A stretch of 64,000 nt of DNA, taken from contig NIVC01000099.1 in the NCBI GenBank assembly GCA_002269645.1, forward strand, positions 744,001 to 808,000, read 5' to 3'. Origin of the DNA: Macrostomum lignano (lineage: Eukaryota). Under the pieces are notes generated by a model, which saw only the letters and a list, made by a program, of their open reading frames with translations, ran no database searches and was not told the origin of the DNA. Shown in pieces: positions 31,001 through 43,000 of the stretch (the stretch's first letter is position 1; each line of letters opens with the position of its first letter). A program made the translations under genes and the position numbers.

Positions 31001-34000
31001 TATTAAACTGGCACCCATTCTATCAAACTGGCACCCATTCTATTAAACTGGCACCCATTCTATCAAACTGGCACCCATTCTATTAAACTGGCACCCATTC
31101 TATCAAACTGGCACCCATTCTATTAAAGTGGCACCCATTCTATTAAACTGGCACCCATTCTATCAAACTGGCACCCATTCTATCAAACTGGCACCCATTC
31201 TATTAAACTGGCACCCATTCTATCAAACTGGCACCCATTCTATTAAACTGGCACCCATTCTATTAAACTGGCACCCATTCTATCAAACTGGCACCCATTC
31301 TATCAAACTGGCACCCATTCTATTAAACTGGCACCCATTCTATCAAACTGGCACCCATTCTATCAAACTGGCACCCATTCTATCAAACTGGCACCCATTC
31401 TATCAAACTGGCACCCATTCTATTAAACTGGCACCCATTCTATCAAACTGGCACCCATTCTATCAAACTGGCACCCATTCTATCAAACTGGCACCCATTC
31501 TATTAAACTGGCACCCATTCTATCAAACTGGCACCCATTCTATTAAAGTGGCACCCATTCTATTAAACTGGCACCCATTCTATCAAACTGGCACCCATTC
31601 TATCAAACTGGCACCCATTCTATCAAACTGGCACCCATTCTATCAAACTGGCACCCATTCTATTAAACTGGCACCCATTCTATCAAACTGGCACCCATTC
31701 TATTAAACTGGCACCCATTCTATCAAACTGGCACCCATTCTATTAAACTGGCACCCATTCTATCAAACTGGCACCCATTCTATCAAACTTGCACCCATTC
31801 TAATAAAGTGGCACCCAGTCTATTAAACTGGCACCCATTCTATTAAAGTGGCACCCAGTCTATTAAAGTGGCACCCATTCTATCAAAGTGGCACCCATTC
31901 TATCAAACTGGCACCCATTCTATTAAACTGGCACCCATTCTATTAAACTGGCACCCATTCTATCAAACTGGCACCCATTCTATTAAACTGGCACCCATTC
32001 TATCAAACTGGCACCCATTCTATTAAACCGTCACCCATTCTATTAAACTGGCACCCATTCTATCAAACTGGCACCCATTCTATCAAACTGGCACCCATTC
32101 TATTAAACTGGCACCCATTCTATTAAACTGGCACCCATTCTATTAAACTGGCACCCATTCTATTAAACTGGCACCCATTCTATCAAACTGGCACCCATTC
32201 TATCAAACTGGCACCCATTCTATTAAACTGGCACCCATTCTATTAAACTGGCACCCATTCTATTAAACTGGCACCCATTCTATTAAACTGGCACCCATTC
32301 TATTAAACTGGCACCCATTCTATTAAACTGGCACCCATTCTATCAAACTGGCACCCATTCTATTAAACTGGCACCCATTCTATTAAACTGGCACCCATTC
32401 TATTAAACTGGCACCCATTCTATTAAACTGGCACCCATTCTATTACAGCGGCACCCATTCTATTAAAATGGCACCTAGTCTAATTAAAGTGGCACCCATT
32501 CTATTAAAATGGCACCCAGTCTAATTAAAGTGGCACTTATTCTATTAAAGTGGCACCCAGTCTAATAAAGTGGCACCCAGTCTATTAAAGTGGCACCCAG
32601 TCTAATAAAGTGGCACCCAGTCTATTAAAGTGGCACCCAGTCTATTAAAGTGGCACCCAGTCTATTAAAGTGGCACCAATTCTATTAAAGTGGCACCCAG
32701 TCTAATAAAGTGGCAACCAGTCTATTAAACTGGCACCAATTCTATTAAAGTGGCACCCAGTCTAATAAAGTGGCACCCAGTCTAATAAACTGGCACCCAG
32801 TCTAATAAAGTGGCACCCAGTCTATTAAAGTGGCACCCATTCTATTACAGTGGCAACCAGTCTATTAAAGTGGCACCCATTCTATTAAACTGGCACCCAT
32901 TCTATTACAGCGGCACCCATTCTATTAAAATGGCACCCAGTCTAATTAAAGTGGCACCCATTCTATTAAAATGGCACCCAGTCTAATAAAGTGGCACCCA
33001 GTCTATTAAAGTGGCACCCAGTCTATTAAAGTGGCACCCAGTCTATTAAAGTGGCACCAATTCTATTAAAGTGGCACCCAGTCTAAAAAAGTGGCAACCA
33101 GTCTATTAAACTGGCACCAATTCTATTAAAGTGGCACCCAGTCTAATAAAGTGGCACCCAGTCTAATAAACTGGCACCCAGTCTAATAAAGTGGCACCCA
33201 GTCTATTAAAGTGGCACCCATTCTATTACAGTGGCAACCAGTCTATTAAAGTGGCACCTATCTCATCAAAATGGCACCCACTGTATAAAAGTGCAGAATT
33301 CATCATGATAGGAACACTGCCGTACATATCATCCTTGTTATACACCTTTGATTTCCGTCTCTTTGTGTATCGGCTGTTTAATTACGGCAGTTCCATTTTG
33401 TCAGATTATTTTTCATATATTAAAATCAGGCCAAGGTAATCCGAAACTGGGTTGCTATCCGTAAATGTAATTAAACTCTGAGCTTTCAATGAGCCGAGGA
33501 CCACTAAAACTAGAAATAGGTGGACTAGACACAAATGCTTTATTTCTCTGCATTGTCGCGTCAAATTGAAAATATTCGAAAACTGGTCCGGTTAAACTAT
33601 GCGAGCTCGAAAGGATAAGGCACAATCCTGAAGCGCTATCTCGGCAATGTTCTCAGCCATCAAACTCGTTCCCGGCACTGAACTGTGCCCGGCCATCTAC
33701 TTCTAAAGGTCTTTGAGTGCACCCCTTCCCCATGTGATATTTCATTTCTGCACAGGACGGCAAACCAAAGCCACCCGAGCCGGGCTCTGCTAATGTCGGC
33801 GGTAATTACCTCGCCACGGCTGATTGTTAATTACCTGGCCGACAGACTGAAGCCTGCCAGCGCTTCGGTACTGCTCAAAGGTATTTTAGACTGCTAGAAA
33901 ATTTTTAATTACTCATCAATGGTTGAATAATACTAATTGAGAACCCGCCGATTGCAGTTAACAGCGAGAACTTCGCTCTGCTCAAGTTTACTGCTCAAAA

Positions 34001-37000
34001 CAGCAGATGTAAGCTGAATATCTTTTATTTTGAATGTTAAATTTTAGTAGAAATTGACTGATTTACAAATTACCACCCCATTCGCTATCCAGGTGTCGAC
34101 CTCTACCGTATATTCAACCTGGACTTCAAGGTCTCACTGAACCGGCTGTTAGAGGTGCTACTTTTTGAAATCGATTTCGAATTTCATTTGTACTTTTAAC
34201 TTCTCACGCACTATCCGGTTTTTTTGCCAGATCGGCAACGCCTCGGGCGCTGAAAACTTTCTGCTTGACGACAGCCTGTCGGCTCTGTACCTGCACCGGC
34301 GGGTTCGGCGCGAATCCGGCCTGAGCTGCTCGTCTCGCCCCGGCAACAGCGATGGAGCTGTGGCTCAACACCGGCAGCGGCGGCTTGCCAGGGCGAAGAG
34401 ACAACTCAATGACGACTCTGGCGGAGGACGAGAAGGTTCAGCGGGCAGCTCGCTTGACGGCCCAACTGGAGGAGGACGAGGAGGTTCAGCGGGCAGCTCG
34501 CTTGACGGCCCAACTGGAGGAGGACGAGAAGGTTCAGCGGGCAGCTCGCTTGACGGCCCAACTGGAGGAGGACGAGAAGGTTCAGCGGGCAGCTCGCTTG
34601 ACGGCCCAACTGGAGGACGAGAAGGTTCAGCGGGCAGCTCGCTTGACGGCCCAACTGGAGGACGTGGAGGTTCAGCGGGCAGCTTGCTTGACGGCCCAAC
34701 TGGAGGAGGACGAGAAGGTTCAGCGGGCAGCTCGCTTGACGGCCCAACTGGAGGAGGACGAGAAGGTTCAGCGGGCAGCTCGCTTGACGGCCCAACTGGA
34801 GGAGGACGAGAAGGTTCAGCGGGCAGCTCGCTTGACGGCCCAACTGGAGGACGTGGAGGTTCAGCGGGCAGCTTGCTTGACGGCCCAACTGGAGGAGGAC
34901 GAGGAGGTTCAGCGGGCAGCTCGCTTGACGGCCCAACTGGAGGACGAGAAGGTTCAGCGGGCAGCTCGCTTGACGGCCCAACTGGAGGAGGACGAGGAGG
35001 TTCAGCGGGCAGCTCGCTTGACGGCCCAACTGGAGGAGGACGAGGAGGTTCAGCGGGCAGCTCGCTTGACGGCCCAACTGGAGGAGGACGAGAAGGTTCA
35101 GCGGGCAGCTCGCTTGACGGCCCAACTGGAGGAGGACGAGGAGGTTCAGCGGGCAGCTCGCTTGACGGCCCAACTGGAGGAGGACGAGAAGGTTCAGCGG
35201 GCAGCTCGCTTGACGGCCCAACTGGAGGACGAGAAGGTTCAGCGGGCAGCTCGCTTGACGGCCCAACTGGAGGACGTGGAGGTTCAGCGGGCAGCTCGCT
35301 TGACGGCCCAACTGGAGGAGGACGAGGAGGTTCAGCGGACAGCCTGCTTGACGGTCCACCTGTCGATCAGCCAGCAGGTTCACCTGTCGATCGACCAGCC
35401 GGTCCACCTGTTGATCAACCAGCAGGTCCACCTGTCGATCAACCGGCCGGTCCACCTGTCGATCAGCCAGCCGGTCCACCTGTCGATCAACCGGCCGGTC
35501 CACCTGTCGATCAACCGGCCGGTCCACCTGTCGATCAACCAGCCGGTCCACCTGTCGATCAACCAGCCGGTCCACCTGTCGATCAACCAGCCGGTCCACC
35601 TGTCGATCAACCAGCCGGTCCACCTGTCGATCAGCCAGCCGGTCCACCTGTCGATCAACCAGCCGGTCCACCTGTCGATCAGCCAGCCGGTCCACCTGTC
35701 GATCAACCGGCCGGTCCACCTGTCGATCAACCGGCCGGTCCACCTGTCGATCAACCGGCCGGTCCACCTGTCGATCAACCAGCCGGTCCACCTGTCGATC
35801 AGCCAGCCGGTCCACCTTCTGATCCGTTTGGCCCACCTCGCCCCCCTGAAGATTCGCCCGTCAGTGCACCAGACGCTTCGCCAGCCGGTGCCCCCCGGGA
35901 TCCATTTTCTGGCGGAGCCGATGGGACCGCTCTCTCGCCGGGATCGCCAGCTGGCCCGGACAGCGTCCTTCCACCTGCACCGGACGATGCACCGGTCACG
36001 CAGTCGGAAGCGGAGGTCGGCCAAAATCTCAGTGAGTTTTTGCTCGGATTTGTGCCTTACACAAAAATGTTCTCAGAAACAATTGAGTACGAACTCTCGG
36101 GACTAGCGGCAGAATTTGACGGCGATAAACATGCCTGACGATTAAAAAGTCAGGGCCTCTGTGCACCCTGTGTGAGCGCGTGTATGAATGCGTGCCTGCG
36201 TACAGTGTTGGTGCCCTTCAAGTAATTCGTGTGCTCAGGAGTCAGAGGAATGAGCAGAGTTGCCTCGCCACTGGTTTCTGATGTCGCGGAAGGCGTTTCG
36301 CCAGGGTGCCGCAGCCCTCTTGCGAATATTTGAAAGTACCTGAGCTTGCCCCCCATTTGCAGATTGCCCCTATCTGACCATCATCACGCGCCGGAAGTTC
36401 ACCGTCTTGCTGAGCATCTCCGACCTGGCTGCCAAGTCCGCTCTGGACGGCCTGACAAATGAGCAGGTGATTGACAAGGTGGACGAAGTGCTGCAGCGCG
36501 CATTCAACGCCAGCGCTTTCACCGTCACCGGCCGCTACAACCCGGACGTGAATCGAGTCTTGGTCGGCCCGAACCACCTGGTGATCTTCGTCAGCCTGGA
36601 GAAAGACCAGCAGCTGCGGCCAGGCCAGTCCAGCTCGGCCAAGTTCGAGCTGCCGGCCGGCTTCCTGGATCTGATCGCCAGAGTGTGGCGGATCGACGTG
36701 CCCAAGTCCGCCTTCAACTCCATGGGTAAGCGAGCTGATGTGCCCTCCTTTGAGCACTCGCGCAGCGGCTTCCATATCTCGTACTGAAACTCCATATCCA
36801 GGCGTTCAAGTGCCTGTCCGGGACATTTGCGACATCTACCGAGAGATCATCACCTGTCCGTATGTGCAGGAGAACAAGGAGCGAATCAAGCTGCAGATGA
36901 CTGTCGAACTGTCGCCATTCTTTAGCCGCGAGCTGCTCACCAACTCTGCCCGGCTCAACAACTCAGTGGAGGTCTTGGTAGGAAGCTCAGCCGGCCGTTC

Positions 37001-40000
37001 TCCTTGTCTGCTCAAAAACTCATGGGGGCATGGGGAGATTCTCAGGTGGAGCATGAGGAGATTCCCAGGTGTGGCATAGGGAGATTCCCAGGTGTGGCAT
37101 AGGGAGATTCCCAGGTGTGGCATGGGGAGATTCCCAGGTGTGGCATGGGGAGATTCCCAGGTGTAGCATAGGGAGATTCCCAGGTGTGGCATGGGGAGAT
37201 TCCCAGGTGTGGCATGGGGAGATTCCCAGGTGTAGCATGAGGAGATTCCCAGGTGGAGCAGGGGAGATTCCCAGGTGTGGCATGGGGAGATTCCCAGGTG
37301 TAGCATGGGGAGATTCCCAGGTGGAGCATGAGGAGATTCCCAGGTGGAGCAGGGGAGATTCCCAGGTGTGGCATGGGGAGATTCCCAGGTGGAGCATGAG
37401 GAGATTCCCAGGTGGAGCAGGGGAGATTCCCAGGTGTGGCATGGGGAGATTCCCAGGTGGAGCATAGGGAGATTCCCAGGTGGGGCATGGGGAGATTCCC
37501 AGGTGGGTCATGGCAGATATTTTCATGGGGAGATTCCCAGGTGGGTCATGGCAGGTATTTTAATGGGGAGATTCCCAGGTGGTGCATGGGGAGATTCCCA
37601 GGTGGTGCATGGGGAGATTCCCAGGTGGTGCATGGGGAGATTCCCAGGTGGGGCATGGGGCGATTCCCAGGTAGGGATTCCCAGGTGGGGCATGGGGAGA
37701 TTCCTAGGTGGAGCATGGGGCGATTCCCAGGTAGGGATTCCCTGGTGGGGCATAGGGAGATTCCCAGATGGGGCATGGGGAGATTCCCAGGTAGGGATTC
37801 CCAGGTGGGGCATGGGGAGATTCCTAGGTGGAGCATGGGGCGATTCCCAGGTAGGGATTCCATGGTGGGGCATGGGGAGATTCCCAGGTGGGGCATGGGG
37901 AGATTCCCAGGTGGAGCATGAGGAGATTCCCAGGTGGAGCATGCGGAGATTCCCAGGTGGAGCAGGGGAGATTCCCAGGTGTGGCATAGGGAGATTCCCA
38001 GGTGGAGCATAGGGAGATTCCCAGGTGGGGCATGGGGAGATTCCCAGGTGGAGCATGAGGAGATTCCCAGGTGGAGCAGGGGAGATTCCCAGGTGTGGCA
38101 TGGGGAGATTCCCAGGTGGGTCATGGCAGATATTTTCATAGGGAGATTCCCAGGTGGGTCATGGCAGGTATTTTAATCGGGAGATTCCCAGGTTGTGCAT
38201 GGGGAGATTCCCAGGTGGTGCATGGGGAGATTCCCGGGTGGTGCATGGGGAGATTCCCAGGTGGGGCATGGGCGATTCCCAGGTAGGGATTCCCAGGTGG
38301 GGCATGGGGAGATTCCTAGGTGGAGCATGGGGCGATTCCCAGGTAGGGATTCCCAGGTGGGGCATGGGGAGATTCCCAGATGGAGCATGGGGCGATTCCC
38401 AGGTGGGGCATGGGAAGATTCCATGGTGGGGCATGGGGAGATTCCCAGGTGTGGCATGGGGAGATTCCCAGGTGGATCATGAGGAGATTCCCAGGTGGAG
38501 CAGGGGAGATTCCCAGGTGTGGCATGGGGAGATTCCCAGGTGGAGCATGAGGAGATTCCCAGGTGGAGCAGGGGAGATTCCCAGGTGTGGCATGGGGAGA
38601 TTCCCAGGTGGAGCATGAGGAGATTCCCAGGTGGAGCAGGGGAGATTCCCAGGTGTGGCATGGGGAGATTCCCAGGTGGGTCATGGCAGATATTTTCATA
38701 GGGAGATTCCCAGGTGGGTCATGGCAGGTATTTTAATCGGGAGATTCCCAGGTTGTGCATGGGGAGATTCCCAGGTGGTGCATGGGGAGATTCCCGGGTG
38801 GTGCATGGGGAGATTCCCAGGTGGGGCATGGGGCGATTCCCAGGTAGGGATTCCCAGGTGGGGCATGGGGAGATTCCTAGGTGGAGCATGGGGCGATTCC
38901 CAGGTAGGGATTCCCAGGTGGGGCATGGGGAGATTCCCAGATGGAGCATGGGGCGATTCCCAGGTGGGGCATGGGAAGATTCCATGGTGGGGCATGGGGA
39001 GATTCCCAGGTGTGGCATGGGGAGATTCCCAGGTGGATCATGAGGAGATTCCCAGGTGGAGCAGGGGAGATTCCCAGGTGTGGCATGGGGAGATTCCCAG
39101 GTGGAGCATGAGGAGATTCCCAGGTGGAGCAGGGGAGATTCCCAGGTGTGGCATGGGGAGATTCCCAGGTGGAGCATAGGGAGATTCCCAGGTGGTGCAT
39201 GGGGAGATTCCCAGGTGTGGCATGGGGAGATTCCCAGGTGGGTCATGGCAGATATTTTCATGGGGAGATTCCCAGGTGGTGCATGGGGAGATTCCCAGGT
39301 GGTGCATGGCGCGATTCCCAGGTAGGGATTCCCAGGTGGGGCATGGGGAGATTCCTAGGTGGAGCATGGGGCGATTCCCAGGTAGGGATTCCCTGGTGGG
39401 GCATGGGGAGATTCCCAGATGGAGCATGGGGCGATTCCCAGGTGGGGCGTGGGAAGATTCCATGGTGGGGCATGGGGAGATTCCCAGGTGTGGCATGGGG
39501 AGATTCCCAGGTGGGGTATGGGGAGATTCCCAGGTGGGAAATAGGGAGATTCCCAGGTGGAGCATGAGGAGATTCCCAGGTGGAGCAGGGGAGATTCCCA
39601 GGTGTGGCATGGGGAGATTCCCAGGTGGAGCATGAGGAGATTCCCAGGTGGAGCAGGGGAGATTACCAGGTGTGGCATGGGGAGATTCCCAGGTGGTGCA
39701 TGGGGAGATTCCCAGGTGGTATATGGGGAAATTCCTAGGTGGGGCATGGGGAGATTCCCAGGTGGTGCATGGGGAAATTCCCAGGTGGTGCATGGGAGAT
39801 TCCCAGGTGGTGCATGGGGAAATTCCCAGGTGGGGCATGGGGAGATTCCCAGGTGGAGCATGGGGCGATTCCCAGGTAGGGATTCCCTGGTGGAGCATGG
39901 GGAGATTCCCAGATGGAGCATGGGGAGATTCCCAGGTGCGGCATGGGGAGATTCCCAGATGGAGCATTGGGCGATTCCCAGGTGGGGCATGGGGAGATTC

Positions 40001-43000
40001 TCAGGTGGGAAATAGGGAGATTCCCAGGTGGGGCATGGGGCGATTCCCAGGTGGGGCATGGGGAGATTCCCAGGTGGGAAATAGGGAGATTCCCAGGTGG
40101 GGTATGGGGAGATTCCCAGGTGGGAAATAGGGAGATTCCCAGGTGGGGCATGGGGCGATTCCCAGGTGGGGCATGGGGAGATTCCCAGGTGGGAAATAGG
40201 GAGATTCCCAGGTGTGGCATGGGGAGATGCCTCAAGTGAAGCGGAGCCATCCCTTCAGGCGATGTATTTCAAAGCCCAAATCTATAAAAAAAATTTCTCT
40301 AAAAATCTAACGAATTGAACAATGGCTCGCCTCGCACACAGGTACATTACTTGCTAGAGAACGGAGACCACTATTACACAATGCATCATAAGAACAACGC
40401 ATTCGAGCTGGAGGTGCTGGGCCAGAAGGTGATGGTGAATGCTCAGCTGGACCTGTGGATCACTGCCAGGAACGAGCGGCATCCGAATTCAACCGATTTG
40501 GCCGCACAATTTCTGCACAACCTGGAGCACTACATGGAGACTCATTCGTCTGGCGATGTGTTCTTCCTTCGGCTGAGCAATGTGCGAATTTCAGGTGAGT
40601 TCACACTGCTATTTGAGCTGAGTGCTTTGACTTATTGTAGGAATTTACTCACAATGATTAGGGACAGATTTTCGAGCAGGTAGGAACTGCCCATCTGCAG
40701 GTATTTTCTAATTCTAACAGGTAGGAACTGCCCATCTGCAGGTATTTTCTAATTCTAACAGGTAGGAACTGCCCATCTGCAGGTATTTTCTAATTCTAAC
40801 AGATAGGAACTGCCCATCTGCAGGTATTTTCTAATTCTAACAGATAGGAACTGCCCATCTGCAGGTATTTTCTAATTCTAACAGGTAGGAACTGCCCATC
40901 TGCAGGTATTTTCTAATTCTAACAGGTAGGAACTGCCCATCTGCAGATATTTTCTAATTCTAACAGGTAGGAACTGCCCATCTGCAGGTATTTTCTAATT
41001 CTAACAGGTAGGAACTGCCCATCTGCAGGTATTTTCTAATTCTAACAGATAGGAACTGCCCATCTGCAGGTATTTTCTAATTCTAACAGGTAGGAACTGC
41101 CCATCTGCAGGTATTTTCTAATTCTAACAGGTAGGAACTGCCCATCTGCAGGTATTTTCTAATTCTAACAGGTAGGAACTGCCCATCTGCAGGTATTTTC
41201 TAATTCTAACAGATAGGAACTGCAGGTATCTTATATTTCTAGCAGATAAACCAGGTATGCAGAGTTTAATTGAGCAGAAATTTCAAAAAATGTTTTCATT
41301 GTTTTTAAATATACATCTGAACTTTTAGGGATGTCTCCCCCGCGTCTCCGGGAGAGTCTCCTGGGGCACACAGCGCCAATTATGCTTATCGAGCCGCTTC
41401 TTTAGATTCTTTAGCCAGAGTTCGCTTAGCTGCTTTCATCCTCATCCTCATCATTTAGTTACTACAGGTGTATCGAAATAGAACTGTCGAAAGCTTTTCA
41501 AAAGGAGGACCTTCGTGATGCATAAGACAATTTCCTGTTGTTTTTAATCCACCCGTGGGGGAGTGCTTTGAGAGGACGGCAAAGTTTACTATCGATCCCA
41601 GGTCTGCCTGCTCATCTCGTTTAATACGCTCGTAGGCCACAGAATTTATCTTAGGGTCTGGCTCCGAGTTTTTAGCTAATTGTACTATTATTACCTAGAT
41701 TGCTTCACTTGGGTTGCCCGAGTCAATCGGTCATCTGGGTCAACCTGTCACCTGGGTCAACCTGTCGCCTGGGTCAACCAGTCACGTGGGTCAACCAGTC
41801 ACGTGGGTCAACCAGTCACCTGGGTCAACCAGTCACCTGGATCAACCTGTCACCTGACCAGTCACCTGGGTCAAACTGTCACCTGACCAGTCACCTGGGT
41901 CAACCTGTCACCTGACCAGTCACCTGGGTCAAACGGTCACCTGACCAGTCACCTGGGTCAACCAGTCACCTGACCAGTCACCTGGGTCAACCAGTCACCT
42001 GGGTCAACCAGTCACCTGGGTCAACCTGTCACCTGACCAGTCACCTGGGTCAAACTGTCACCTGACCAGTCACCTGGGTCAACCTGTCACCTGACCAGTC
42101 ACCTGTGTCAAACTGTCACCTGACCAGTCACCTGGGTCAAACTGTCACCTGACCAATCACCTGTGTCAAACTGTCACCTGACCAGTCACCTGGGTCAACC
42201 AGTCACCTGGATCAACCTGTCACCTGACCAGTCACCTGGGTCAAACTGTCACCTGACCAGTCACCTGGGTCAACCTGTCACCTGACCAGTCACCTGTGTC
42301 AAACTGTCACCTGACCAGTCACCTGGGTCAAACTGTCACCTGACCAATCACCTGTGTCAAACTGTCACCTGACCAGTCACCTGGGTCAACCAGTCACCTG
42401 GGTCAACCAGTCACCTGGGTCAACCAGTCACCTGGGTCAACCAGTCACCTGGGTCAACGAGTGACCTGGGTCAACGAGTGACCTGGGTCAACGAGTGACC
42501 TGGGTCAACCAGTCACCTGGGTCAACCAGTCACCTGGGTCAACCTGTCACCTGGGTCAACCTGTCACCTGACCAGTCACCTGGGTCAAACTGTCACCTGA
42601 CCAGTCACCTGAGTCAACCAGTCACCTGGGTCAACCAGTCACCTGGGTCAACCAGTCACCTGGGTCAACCTGTCACCTGGGTCAACCTGTCACCTGACCA
42701 GTCTCCTGGGTCACCTCGATTATCTTTATTCTTGTCACTTGAATATTAGAAAAACTATTTGGGACTCTCGGGTCACGTGAACCAAGTGCATCACTGGGTC
42801 CAATTGAGTCTCTGCAGTTATTTTACTAGAGATATCGTTTATCGATCCGATTCTCGACCAAATTTTCGACTCATTTTCGTTTCTTCCCAAGCTTAAAAAG
42901 TCATACAATTATCTCGTGCTCACAGTGAACCAAGTAAACCAATCAATCAATCACACAACCCCAGTGCTGCCAATCATCGTCGCCTGCATGGACTACCTGC

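Noticed and set aside
30528-31706. ORFs APILLNWHPFYQTGTHSIKL
   Set aside because: Frame cycling of the 20-bp satellite, with non-ATG starts.
36836-40318. About 45 overlapping ORFs on both strands
   Set aside because: All derive from the G-rich intronic minisatellite.
40259-40318. Candidate exon after CCCTTCAG (AMYFKAQ...)
   Set aside because: It hits TGA with no donor. The acceptor at 40341 gives the correct phase instead.
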